Virus record (IMG/VR): IMGVR_UViG_3300044299_001914
Span: 1-54,742 of that record
DNA from: a virus
Reading direction: 5' to 3' (one strand)
Length of the DNA: 54,742 bases
Below, one piece after another: positions 16,252-24,646 of the stretch (position 1 is the stretch's first letter; every line of letters starts with the position of its first letter). The notes beneath the pieces are model-generated. The model saw nothing but the letters and a program-made list of their open reading frames with translations, was not told the origin of the DNA and did not search any database. A program made the translations under genes and the position numbers.

Positions 16252-16382
16252 GTATTTTGTAAGTTTTTTATTGTATTTTTATCAAAGTCTTGTGACAAAA
16301 ATGAAAAAAATAAAATAATCACGAAAAGCCTATTCTTATCATGTTTTTTACTGTCATGCTTTTTTGACAATAATTGACAATA

Positions 16383-16622
16383 TTAACGAGGTATTGTTTT
16401 ATCGGCATATTTAGCCAGTAATTCAACTACCAAGTTTGCTACTTCTTTGTCGTCAAACTGATCATTCAATTGTGATATACAAAAACTTAAAGCAGCTAAC
16501 ACAATATTAAGTTTGTCTTCACCCCGATATTCCATGTTTTGAAACATGATATCTAGGCGTTCACAAACTTCGTGTAGTGTAGGTTTCCCTAGCTTCTCTT
16601 TGATTGCTACCAATTTTGGCAT
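16383..16622 (-). CDS. Hypothetical protein (79 aa)
   Basis: ORF downstream of the PP-loop gene in the same operon. Confidence 0.55.
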   Translation of the reverse strand: MPKLVAIKEKLGKPTLHEVCERLDIMFQNMEYRGEDKLNIVLAALSFCISQLNDQFDDKEVANLVVELLAKYADKTIPR

Positions 16623-16639
16623 ATCGCATCATAACACGA

Positions 16640-17389
16640 TTAATCATTTTGCATACAAAAAATGCCACATTCAAAATTATAACTTTTAAGATCACGGCCT
16701 TTTGCGTCAACTGGTAGATCTTGCAACATTATTCTTTCACCCTTATAACGAACTAGCTTTGCACCTAACTTATTAGATGTCTTAACTCTTTGCTCAAAAA
16801 CACTTGGAAAAGTTTTTCTTACTAGATTCCAATATGTAGGTGAAGTTGCTTTTACACACCCAACACAGTTAGCGTTAGGAAAACCCAATGCATAGATCTC
16901 TGGCAGTTTTATACCTTCCTGCAACAAAATATCAAAACATCCCTGCTTTGTTATGCCCTCATCTATTAAAACAGGCAAAAGATTGTCTCCTTGCGTCTCT
17001 TTAAATTTAGCAGCCCGTTTCTTTTCATCAAAAGTAAAACCAAGAACAATATAATCGGTGTCATGGCGTAGTTCCCAATATCTTCTAGCGTTCTTTTTTA
17101 AATGTAAAGTGCATGGCGCACCAAAATTACTCGACATAAAAGCTGTTTTTTGCCAAACAGTCTCACAAGATTGATCTGGAAACTTAGGATTAATAGCATA
17201 TTCTATTTTCACACCTAGCCATTTCTCAACATCTTTTAAGAACCTTCTATTATCTTTATGTTCTTCCCTAATAGGATTGTTGACAACTCTGATTGTGTTG
17301 TCTTGACCATACAACTCTATGGTTTTCTTAGCTGCCACAGCACTTGCAGCACCACAGCTAAACCAGACAGTTATGATTTTACCTTTCAT
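16640..17389 (-). CDS. PAPS-reductase-like PP-loop ATP pyrophosphatase family protein (249 aa)
   Basis: N-terminal KIITVWFSCGAASAVAAK in the position of the PP-loop SGGxDS motif. C-terminal Cys cluster NANCVGCVK ... ECGIFC. ATGA overlap with the methyltransferase gene. Confidence 0.6.
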   Translation of the reverse strand: MKGKIITVWFSCGAASAVAAKKTIELYGQDNTIRVVNNPIREEHKDNRRFLKDVEKWLGVKIEYAINPKFPDQSCETVWQKTAFMSSNFGAPCTLHLKKNARRYWELRHDTDYIVLGFTFDEKKRAAKFKETQGDNLLPVLIDEGITKQGCFDILLQEGIKLPEIYALGFPNANCVGCVKATSPTYWNLVRKTFPSVFEQRVKTSNKLGAKLVRYKGERIMLQDLPVDAKGRDLKSYNFECGIFCMQND

Positions 17390-19173
17390 GCCATATTTTT
17401 ATAAATATGCTTAATCACCTCTACTGTCCAGCCGTTGCCTAACATCTTATAGCGCTGCGTGTTAGACACCTGATTTGTGTAATTATCTGGAACTGTCTGT
17501 AATCTTTCACATTCCAAAGGTGTAAGCTTACGCCATGTAAGATCTTCATGTTGCACACCTGTAGCATGAAATGTGCCTTGCCTTTCAAAGTTTGCTCTTG
17601 ATGATTTAAAGTATTGCGACTTTATTGTTTGTGATTTATCTGGTAATTTTTTAACCACCACACTGTCTTTGCCAACTGTTGTTATAGCATTTGATTTACT
17701 ATCTTGTCTAAGTTCAAGCATTTGTTTTGTTTTATTTGCTACCGATACGCCATCTTTATCCATGCGCTTACCGTCTTTATCGTAAGCTCTACCACGAAAA
17801 GCACCGCCAGTTACTACTTTTGGCTCTCTATTACCACCTTGACAGGTATTGACCGTTGGCGACTTACCATCTGGACTATACACTCGTTTGAGTATGTCAT
17901 GACCATTTATGTCTACTGCAACGCCTACTTGTTGTGGCTTAGTTTCTATCATTTGCTCTTTGTTTGATGCAGTAAGTGTAGGTGATTTACCTTGATCGCT
18001 ATAAACCCTTTGTGTGCTTTCATATACACCATCTCTGTATTCAAACTCCATGATCTGTTTATCAAACACGCTTGATGTAAACCCAAGAACTTCTTTGAGC
18101 TTAAACCATATATTATCACTTGGTATAGCAAAACTACTATCAGTCCTGAACCAATGCTCTACTTTAGTGATTGGCATATTTGTTTCATCTGCAATTTGTT
18201 TATTAGTTTTTTTACTATTTTTCTTATAAGCACGTAGAGCTTGTTGTAACAACAAAATATCAACCTCATGCTTCCTAACTTTTACTTCTTCTACATTCAT
18301 GCCTACTTTAATTGGTTTAGTTTGTTTTATTGCTTTATCATTTACCCACATGTTGCCATTGCTACTATTTGTTCTTAATGTAGTTGACTTATTGCCTTTT
18401 ATAGTTTTTTTATTGTAAGGATCATTAAAATCTGCGTTTACATCTTCAACATATTTTTTAACTGATTCTGCGGAAATGTATTCTTTAGTTGGCTTATTGA
18501 CTAACTGTCTTCTATGTTTCTTCTTGTATTGTTCAACACTTGCACCTTTGTAATAATTTGCATCTATACAATGTGCTTTATTTCTTTCACTCTCAAAGTT
18601 ATCTTCCAATATATCCCTCAACACTATACCCCTATCCTCTGGTTGCTTAATACCTGGTATATTAGTCCAATAGTATCTCTGCCTTGACTGAGCGCTAAGA
18701 AGAGAACTGTTTATGAAGATGGGCTCAAACCTTACTTCACCTAAAACATTTAGAAATTGATTATCAACATCTTCTGGCTTATAACACTGTGAAACTTGCT
18801 CTGTTATTATCTCTAAAAACTCTTTTTTCATTCTTACATTTTCAAGTAAAAAATATTTTGGCTTTATGTCTTTTAGTAAACGGATGAACTCAAAAAACAA
18901 TGCAGATCTAGGATCATCAAAAGCAAGCTGCTTACCTGCAAAACTAAATCCTTGGCATGGCGAACCAGCTTGTATTAAGTCTACATCTTTATAATCTTCT
19001 GCATTTAGATTGCATACATCCCCGACTTGTATAGTATTTGGATAGTTAGCCTGTGTAACCTTAATAGCATATTTATCAATCTCACTTGCGTAGTATTTCT
19101 CAACTGGTATGCCTAGTTGATCCAGTGCAATCTGGCCGCAGCTCATACCATCAAATAAACTTAATACTTTCAT
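17386..19173 (-). CDS. DNA (cytosine-5)-methyltransferase with a very large variable region (595 aa)
   Basis: C5-MTase motifs: I LSLFDGMSCG, IV GSPCQGFSFAGK, VI FLLENV, then after ~350 aa IX-like ERLQTVPDNYT and X MLGNGWTV. Confidence 0.85.
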   Translation of the reverse strand: MKVLSLFDGMSCGQIALDQLGIPVEKYYASEIDKYAIKVTQANYPNTIQVGDVCNLNAEDYKDVDLIQAGSPCQGFSFAGKQLAFDDPRSALFFEFIRLLKDIKPKYFLLENVRMKKEFLEIITEQVSQCYKPEDVDNQFLNVLGEVRFEPIFINSSLLSAQSRQRYYWTNIPGIKQPEDRGIVLRDILEDNFESERNKAHCIDANYYKGASVEQYKKKHRRQLVNKPTKEYISAESVKKYVEDVNADFNDPYNKKTIKGNKSTTLRTNSSNGNMWVNDKAIKQTKPIKVGMNVEEVKVRKHEVDILLLQQALRAYKKNSKKTNKQIADETNMPITKVEHWFRTDSSFAIPSDNIWFKLKEVLGFTSSVFDKQIMEFEYRDGVYESTQRVYSDQGKSPTLTASNKEQMIETKPQQVGVAVDINGHDILKRVYSPDGKSPTVNTCQGGNREPKVVTGGAFRGRAYDKDGKRMDKDGVSVANKTKQMLELRQDSKSNAITTVGKDSVVVKKLPDKSQTIKSQYFKSSRANFERQGTFHATGVQHEDLTWRKLTPLECERLQTVPDNYTNQVSNTQRYKMLGNGWTVEVIKHIYKNMA

Positions 19174-19185
19174 GCTCTGAAGATA

Positions 19186-19425
19186 TTATTCAATAGGTCG
19201 ACCCCAACTATCATAGTTATAAAAAGGTGGTTCATCTTGCACCACATCCTCATATCTAAAGTTTTTTACCTCTGCTTCTGGCTCAGCAGGGACACTGCCA
19301 ATAATCTTTTTGTGATGTTTGATATATGCTTGTACTAGATCTTGAGATTCGCCCATGATAATATCATTGTTGGCACAATCAAAAGCGTCTCTTTTATCTA
19401 ACCTTAGGTTTTTTAATTTACTCAC
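19186..19425 (-). CDS. Hypothetical protein (79 aa), first gene of the methyltransferase operon
   Basis: ORF preceded by GAGGAG. Confidence 0.55.
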   Translation of the reverse strand: MSKLKNLRLDKRDAFDCANNDIIMGESQDLVQAYIKHHKKIIGSVPAEPEAEVKNFRYEDVVQDEPPFYNYDSWGRPIE

Positions 19426-19474
19426 TTATTATACTCCTCTTTCTACTTTTATAAAAAATATGTTTTACTATATG

Positions 19475-19503
19475 TAGACATTATACACAAGATAGGTTAA
19501 TAT
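19475..19503 (+). promoter_or_regulatory. Sigma70-like promoter (TAGACA-17-TAATAT) for the plus-strand recombination genes
   Basis: Hexamers at 19475-19480 and 19498-19503, about 25 nt upstream of the 19529 start. Confidence 0.45.
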
Positions 19504-19507
19504 ACAA
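19480..19507 (-). promoter_or_regulatory. Divergent sigma70-like promoter (TTGTAT-16-TATAAT) for the methyltransferase operon
   Basis: Perfect TATAAT on the minus strand at 19480-19485, overlapping the -35 of the plus-strand promoter. Confidence 0.4.
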
Positions 19508-19528
19508 AAACATTAATAGGAGAAACGT

Positions 19529-19723
19529 ATGAGTAAACCAAAAACAGATATATCTGAAATTATAGAGGGCATAATAACTTATGCACCGACAAAGTCTAAA
19601 CAAGACGCTGAAGAACAAATAGATCGTGATAAAGTTAATTATCTAATCTGGCAGATCGGTGTCGCTGTTAAGGAATTACAACAAGCAATAAAAGAATTGC
19701 AACAAGATAAGGACATATTATGA
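19529..19723 (+). CDS. Hypothetical coiled-coil protein (64 aa)
   Basis: ORF with an AGGAGA RBS; ATGA overlap with the next gene. Confidence 0.55.
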   Translation: MSKPKTDISEIIEGIITYAPTKSKQDAEEQIDRDKVNYLIWQIGVAVKELQQAIKELQQDKDIL

Positions 19724-20607
19724 AGATACCAAGTATGTTAGAAAATTTTGAGCATGTAATCATAGGGGATGTAGCTTACTTTCCCAACCTTGATAACAAC
19801 ACTTATCACAATGGCCCTGGTATATCTTCATCAAAAATAAGAAGATTTAGCCAAAGTCAGTATCATGCCTTAGAGGAAGTGGTTGAGAAAACGCCTGCAA
19901 TGACGTTCGGTTCAGCCGCTCATTCGTTGATTGTTGAAGGTGAGGCTGCATTTTGGAGCGATGTTGTGACTATTAAGGGATCGCCATACACTAACGCTAA
20001 TAAACAACTGAAGAAAGATAGTCTTGCAAAAGGTTTGTCAGTTATCACTGAAGAACAAAGAGACACTATTTACAGTATGAATAATAGTTTGGTACTAGAA
20101 GCAGAACCATACCTGCATCCAGGTAAAGACTATCCACAAGTTTTAGAGTCACCAAAAGAAGTATCAATTTATTGGTATGAACAAGGTTTGCTGTGTAAAA
20201 CACGGGCTGATGTTGTTTGCAATGCGTTTGATAACAATTTTGGGGAAGATGCCATTGTGCTTGTAGATTATAAAACAACGAGTGATTGCTCGGTAAGGGG
20301 GTTTACCAATTCGGTAAGGCGTTACTCGTATGATCTACAAGCTGCATGGTATAAGCGTGGCTTTGAGCGTGCTGGATTTAAAGTTGCAGACTTTGTGTTC
20401 GTAGCACAAGAAAAGAAACTACCGTATGCAAACAAAATATTTAAAATGAATCACGCTGATATGGAGATAGGTTGGAATTTTCTCAGTGGTTACTTGGAAG
20501 ATTACAACAAGATGTTAGCGGGCAACCCAGCAACTATTTACAACAGTCCAAATGTTGTTGAACTAAATACTGGCAATTTTTATAGGGAGGATGCAAATGA
20601 AACTTAA
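19720..20607 (+). CDS. PD-(D/E)XK exonuclease (RecE/exonuclease VIII-like, DUF3799-type)
   Basis: YHNGPGISSSKIRRF near the N-terminus, FGSAAHSLIVEG, and the nuclease core VLVDYKTTSD ... YDLQAAWY. Confidence 0.7.
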   Translation: MKIPSMLENFEHVIIGDVAYFPNLDNNTYHNGPGISSSKIRRFSQSQYHALEEVVEKTPAMTFGSAAHSLIVEGEAAFWSDVVTIKGSPYTNANKQLKKDSLAKGLSVITEEQRDTIYSMNNSLVLEAEPYLHPGKDYPQVLESPKEVSIYWYEQGLLCKTRADVVCNAFDNNFGEDAIVLVDYKTTSDCSVRGFTNSVRRYSYDLQAAWYKRGFERAGFKVADFVFVAQEKKLPYANKIFKMNHADMEIGWNFLSGYLEDYNKMLAGNPATIYNSPNVVELNTGNFYREDANET

Positions 20608-20773
20608 TTTTGAAGTAAAGAAGAAAAACACAACAGGAGTGCAGTTTAGAATAGATCCACATACTAAGAAGAAACTTAATGCATTAAAAAGGTATTATGG
20701 TGTTGGAACAGGAGTGTTGATTAAACAAATGATATGTCAATGCCATGATGCGTTAGCAGAGGTAGATAAATAG
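20597..20773 (+). CDS. Small putative ribbon-helix-helix DNA-binding protein (58 aa from the second ATG)
   Basis: GGGAGG lies 6 nt upstream of the ATG at 20597. GVQFRIDPHTKKKLNALKRYYGV...LIKQMI resembles an RHH beta-strand plus helices. Confidence 0.4.
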   Translation: MKLNFEVKKKNTTGVQFRIDPHTKKKLNALKRYYGVGTGVLIKQMICQCHDALAEVDK

Positions 20774-20874
20774 TGGTGCACTTGTGATAACTTCATTTAA
20801 AATCATTCTAATAATACTTGCTCTAAGTATTGTCTTACCTTTGGCTTACATAGCCATCACAGATAGCGATAAGT

Positions 20875-20900
20875 AAAAAAAAAGGGGCTTGCGCCCCTTT
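20875..20900. terminator. Bidirectional rho-independent terminator
   Basis: A9-GGGGC-ttgc-GCCCC-TTTT between convergent genes 20597..20773 (+) and 20903..21364 (-). Confidence 0.75.
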
Positions 20901-20902
20901 TA

Positions 20903-21364
20903 TCACATAGTAGGGATATTCTCCCTCGGAGGTGTCATATCTGCGTCTTCACTTTGTAGATACAACTTGATCTTTGTTTTCTTAGCAGTAATCTCTTTAC
21001 CTTCGTTGTTAGTGAAAGTATCATCGACATTGCCAAGCGATAACCTTAGGCCTTTACCAACAAAGTCACTATGATTTTCTGGATATTTTTTATACCCAAC
21101 AGCTTTAGTAAGCCTGGTAAAAATCTCAGTGCTTATACGCTTGTTATCTTCGTTTGTAGCCCATAGGTTATACCATTCGTTATGGTCACGATACTTACCC
21201 CCAGCAATTTGAAACGTGACTTTTAATGTCCAGTTTCCTGCTGCAGATTTGTATTTATCAGTCGCAATAATCTTTGCATTATATTCGCCCTCTGGTGCGA
21301 CTGGTGTGCCAGTGGACTGCTCTTCTAAATTGTCGAAAAACTCGACATCACTAAAATCACTCAT
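20903..21364 (-). CDS. DUF669-like putative ssDNA-binding protein (153 aa)
   Basis: APEGEYNAKIIATDKYKSAAGNWTLKVTFQIAGGKYRDHNEW resembles the DUF669 core. It sits immediately after a Sak4-like ATPase, the usual partner. Confidence 0.55.
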   Translation of the reverse strand: MSDFSDVEFFDNLEEQSTGTPVAPEGEYNAKIIATDKYKSAAGNWTLKVTFQIAGGKYRDHNEWYNLWATNEDNKRISTEIFTRLTKAVGYKKYPENHSDFVGKGLRLSLGNVDDTFTNNEGKEITAKKTKIKLYLQSEDADMTPPRENIPTM

Positions 21365-22079
21365 TAGATTCCCCCTTTGTGATATTTGTTAATGAAAACC
21401 CTAACTTTTCAATTAAGGCACTTATATCAGGTCTTTCAAAATCATCTAGCTTACCGCTTCTGTCTTTTGCTTTATATCCCTGACCATAGACGGTTTGCAA
21501 CCATCTGTTTCTAGTGTTCCTGCCTTCCTCGTCTTGATCCTCTATGATGCGTAATGCAAGCACCTCATCAAAGAAATAGGTTACAGTTTCACCAAGTTGT
21601 TGACCAACCATTTTCGGTGCATGTTTCAATACACCATCATCATTTATGACGGCTTCTTTACATAGAAATAAAACGTGCATATGTAAGTCTCTAAATGCAC
21701 GCATAAGATTACCTACTGAATCTTGGACATTACCATATGCCATTCTAGGATCTTTGCTTCTAGACTTTTCCCAATTCAATAAGATCTCACTTATTTCAGA
21801 TACTGAGTCTAAGCAAACTGTGTCATATTGTAGTTCGCCAGACTTCAAAGCATCATGCAGTTGCATAACTTCTGACGCTTCTTTTACTTCAATAGCATCA
21901 ACATTGTTGGCATCTTTAATTGCAAGTAAGCCAGCTTCTGCACTAATGACAAGCACTCGTCCAGGACATGTTTTTGCTAGGGTAGTTTTACCCGCACCAG
22001 CCATACCATATACCAAGATTTTAGCACCTTGATTTTGTACTAGCTTTTGCGGAGATACGATTCTTTTTGATAGTTCCAT
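21357..22079 (-). CDS. Sak4-like RecA-fold AAA ATPase (AAA_24 type)
   Basis: Walker A KILVYGMAGAGKTTLAKT followed by VLVISAEAGL. Walker B-like TVCLDSVSE. Typical phage recombination ATPase. Confidence 0.8.
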   Translation of the reverse strand: MELSKRIVSPQKLVQNQGAKILVYGMAGAGKTTLAKTCPGRVLVISAEAGLLAIKDANNVDAIEVKEASEVMQLHDALKSGELQYDTVCLDSVSEISEILLNWEKSRSKDPRMAYGNVQDSVGNLMRAFRDLHMHVLFLCKEAVINDDGVLKHAPKMVGQQLGETVTYFFDEVLALRIIEDQDEEGRNTRNRWLQTVYGQGYKAKDRSGKLDDFERPDISALIEKLGFSLTNITKGESNE

Positions 22080-22101
22080 ACTTTCTCCTAATAAAATTTA
22101 C

Positions 22102-22130
22102 TTGACGATTATACATCAAATCGTTACCAT
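22102..22130 (+). promoter_or_regulatory. Possible promoter for the HTH/primase operon (TTGACG-17-TACCAT) enclosing a 20-bp palindrome
   Basis: Hexamers read on the plus strand. The spacer contains ACGATT-n8-AATCGT (22105..22124). Confidence 0.35.
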
Positions 22131-22136
22131 GTGTAA
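22108..22136 (-). promoter_or_regulatory. Divergent promoter for the Sak4 operon (TTACAC-17-TATAAT)
   Basis: Perfect TATAAT on the minus strand at 22108-22113, with the -35 at 22131-22136. It overlaps the plus-strand promoter and the palindrome. Confidence 0.45.
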
Positions 22137-22173
22137 AATTTATTTTTTTACAATATGATGACAGGAGAAGCAA

Positions 22174-22521
22174 ATGGACAATATCAAGCAAGAGAATATT
22201 ACTTGGCAAGCAAATTTCTTTTTTCGTACAAAGAGTTTAGCAACAGAAAAACTTAAGGAATTAGAGACTATGGGAATAAAACCAAATCATGTTACAAGAA
22301 AAGTTAAAAGGTATACACTTAAAGAGTATATAGAGTTTTTAGGACAAAGAGAATCTGCAAAACAATTTGGTTGCTCAGAGGCCGCCATTAAGTCATGGAG
22401 ATATGGTTATAGAAATCCAACTGTCAATCAAGCAAAAAAAATAATTCGAGCAACTGATGGGAGATTAGATTACGAGTCTATTTACGGGCCTATATCTGAA
22501 ATCATAGAAACAGAAGATTAG
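22174..22521 (+). CDS. Cro/YdaS-like helix-turn-helix DNA-binding protein (115 aa)
   Basis: SAKQFGCSEAAIKSWRYGYRNPTVNQAKKIIRATDGRL matches the YdaS/Cro-type HTH pattern. Sits at a divergent promoter. Confidence 0.6.
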   Translation: MDNIKQENITWQANFFFRTKSLATEKLKELETMGIKPNHVTRKVKRYTLKEYIEFLGQRESAKQFGCSEAAIKSWRYGYRNPTVNQAKKIIRATDGRLDYESIYGPISEIIETED

Positions 22522-22522
22522 T

Positions 22523-24646
22523 GTGTTTCAGCTTAATATCACTGAGGACGACACATCCTTAGAGCAAGCACTTGCTTACTATGACGAGGGCTATAATGTT
22601 GTTCCTTTACAAAGATCTAATAAAAAGCCACCCCCTTTTCTTAAGGGTTGGGAGCAGTACAAACAACAAAGGCCATCAAGAGATCTTGTTAAGTCATGGT
22701 TTGAGGGTAAGGACAATCTAGTCGTTGCTCTTGTCTGTGGCAAGTTTATTGTTGTAGACGCTGATTCTCCAGAGGCTATGAACTGGGTAGAAAACAATTT
22801 ACCACCTTGTCCATTTAAAGTAGTAACTGGTAAGGGTATGCATTACTATTACAATAACCCACAAAACTACACTACATTTGCTACGAGAAGAACTCCAGAG
22901 ACACCCATTGAAAGACTAATAGATATTAGAGGTGTAGGTGGATTAATCATTGCACCATGGAATAAGCATGCCAATGGGCAAATTTACAAACCTATAACCT
23001 TTCCAGATTGGAAGATAAATGACCACACAGATCTTCCAGACTTTACTGAGATAGAGTTTGCAAAAATCACTGGCGTGCCAAAGACAGAGACAAGCGTGCA
23101 AACAGCACCTTTTTTATTAGAAGGTGTGTTGGAGGGATCAAGAAATGATGAGGCCGCTAGGATATCTGGTTATCTAATTTCTAAAAATGTAAACATTGAG
23201 TTTGTTAAGATCTTTCTACAAAACTGGAACAAAAATAATAATCCACCGTTACCACAAGAAGAGATAGAAAGAGTGGTCACAAGTGTTAAAAGCACACATG
23301 ATAGGAAAAATCAGATCGCACCTTTGTTTGTGCAAGCAAGTGAAACCATACACAAACCAAAAGATTTATTTAACCCACCAGGTTTACTGAAGGATATGTT
23401 TAAGTTTTGTGAAGAGATAGCACAAGTGCCACAACCAGAGTTGTCTTTAATAGGTGCGTTAGCATTAGCAAGTGTGACTTGTGGCCGCATTTATAGGACA
23501 AACATGAATAACTTTTCTTCTATGTATTTTATGGGTATTGCAAAGTCTGGACAAGGTAAAGAGAACATCAAGACTTTTGTAGAGTCAGTGTTAAATGCTA
23601 GTGACCATGAAAAGCTTGTAGTAGGAGATGGTTACACATCATCTGGTGCAGTGCACTCAGTCTTAAAAATGCGACCTACTCAAATAACCATCATGGACGA
23701 GTTTGGTAAAAGATTAGAGGCAATAGGAGCATCACAGAATACAAATAGAGAAGATGGTATACAAACATTGATGGAAGCATGGGGTAGGTGTCATGGAACA
23801 TTACGGCCAGATAACTATTCTTTGATGAATGTGCAAGAACAATACAAAGAAATGATGATGAGTCGTGTGACACATAAACCTGCCATTACATTAGTTGGTC
23901 TGTCAGTGCCAAAAAACTTTTACAAAGCATTAAACAGTGGTCGCATCGCTGACGGGTTTCTAAATCGTTTTGTTGTTGTAGAATCAAAAGAGCCAAGACG
24001 GGTAGGTGAGTTACGAAGATTTAAAGAGCCACCAACATCAATTGTCAACTGGATTAATTATGTTCGCAGACAAAGAGGTAATATGAGTGATGTATCAAGG
24101 GATAACGCAGAGATAGACCTTGATCAAATAGTCTTAAAGTTTGATAGAGAATCAGAAGAAATATTGCAAGATTTTGCCCGTGAGATCGTAAAACGCCAAG
24201 ATATATTAGAAAAAGACAACTTAGAGCCACTTCTAAGCCGTTCTAAGGAGAAGGCTATGCGTTTAGCCCTGTTATGCACACTTGCCTCTAACGCTGACGC
24301 ACAGACGATTACAGGCGATATTACAACGTGGGCTGTGGATTTCATCAGATATTACGATCTGTTGTTTATAGAGGCTTGTAGAGACAAGGTTGCTAGCAGT
24401 GCTATGGAAGCCAAAATCAAACAGGTGCTATCGTTTATAAGATCTAGAAACGGTGAAGGTATCTCTAAGCGTGAAGTAGATAGACATGAGTTATTTAGAA
24501 GTATGAAGTCATATGAGGTAAAAGAGATTATTGAAAGACTTAAAAATGCAGGTGAAATACAAGAGGTTGAAATCAAGATAGGTGGTAAAGGTAGGCCTGC
24601 TAAAAGATTTGTAGCCGTTGATCCAAACTTCTTTGAGGATATTTAA
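22523..24646 (+). CDS. Bifunctional primase-polymerase (Prim-Pol) / PriCT / DUF3987-type helicase (707 aa, GTG start)
   Basis: N-terminal YYDEGYNVVPL...KKPP..GWEQY...VVALVCGKFIVVDADSPEA (Prim-Pol). EGSRNDEAARISGYL...NNPPLPQEEIERVVTSV (PriCT-like). Walker A GIAKSGQGKEN and Walker B-like ITIMDEFG. Confidence 0.8.
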   Translation: MFQLNITEDDTSLEQALAYYDEGYNVVPLQRSNKKPPPFLKGWEQYKQQRPSRDLVKSWFEGKDNLVVALVCGKFIVVDADSPEAMNWVENNLPPCPFKVVTGKGMHYYYNNPQNYTTFATRRTPETPIERLIDIRGVGGLIIAPWNKHANGQIYKPITFPDWKINDHTDLPDFTEIEFAKITGVPKTETSVQTAPFLLEGVLEGSRNDEAARISGYLISKNVNIEFVKIFLQNWNKNNNPPLPQEEIERVVTSVKSTHDRKNQIAPLFVQASETIHKPKDLFNPPGLLKDMFKFCEEIAQVPQPELSLIGALALASVTCGRIYRTNMNNFSSMYFMGIAKSGQGKENIKTFVESVLNASDHEKLVVGDGYTSSGAVHSVLKMRPTQITIMDEFGKRLEAIGASQNTNREDGIQTLMEAWGRCHGTLRPDNYSLMNVQEQYKEMMMSRVTHKPAITLVGLSVPKNFYKALNSGRIADGFLNRFVVVESKEPRRVGELRRFKEPPTSIVNWINYVRRQRGNMSDVSRDNAEIDLDQIVLKFDRESEEILQDFAREIVKRQDILEKDNLEPLLSRSKEKAMRLALLCTLASNADAQTITGDITTWAVDFIRYYDLLFIEACRDKVASSAMEAKIKQVLSFIRSRNGEGISKREVDRHELFRSMKSYEVKEIIERLKNAGEIQEVEIKIGGKGRPAKRFVAVDPNFFEDI

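Noticed and set aside
20785-20877. Possible 30-aa hydrophobic micro-ORF (GTG start) just before the bidirectional terminator
   Set aside because: It has no ATG and no clear RBS, and is very short. It cannot be distinguished from chance.
22021-22209. 62-aa minus-strand ORF spanning the divergent promoter region
   Set aside because: It covers the intergenic promoter and palindrome region and overlaps the starts of both flanking genes. It has no RBS and an implausible composition.
24643-24646. Convergent 4-nt stop-codon overlap between the primase/helicase gene and the 1143-aa late gene, with no terminator between them
   Set aside because: It is real in the sequence, but probably just genome compaction. 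I saw no hairpin or other signal to interpret, so it is recorded only as a note.
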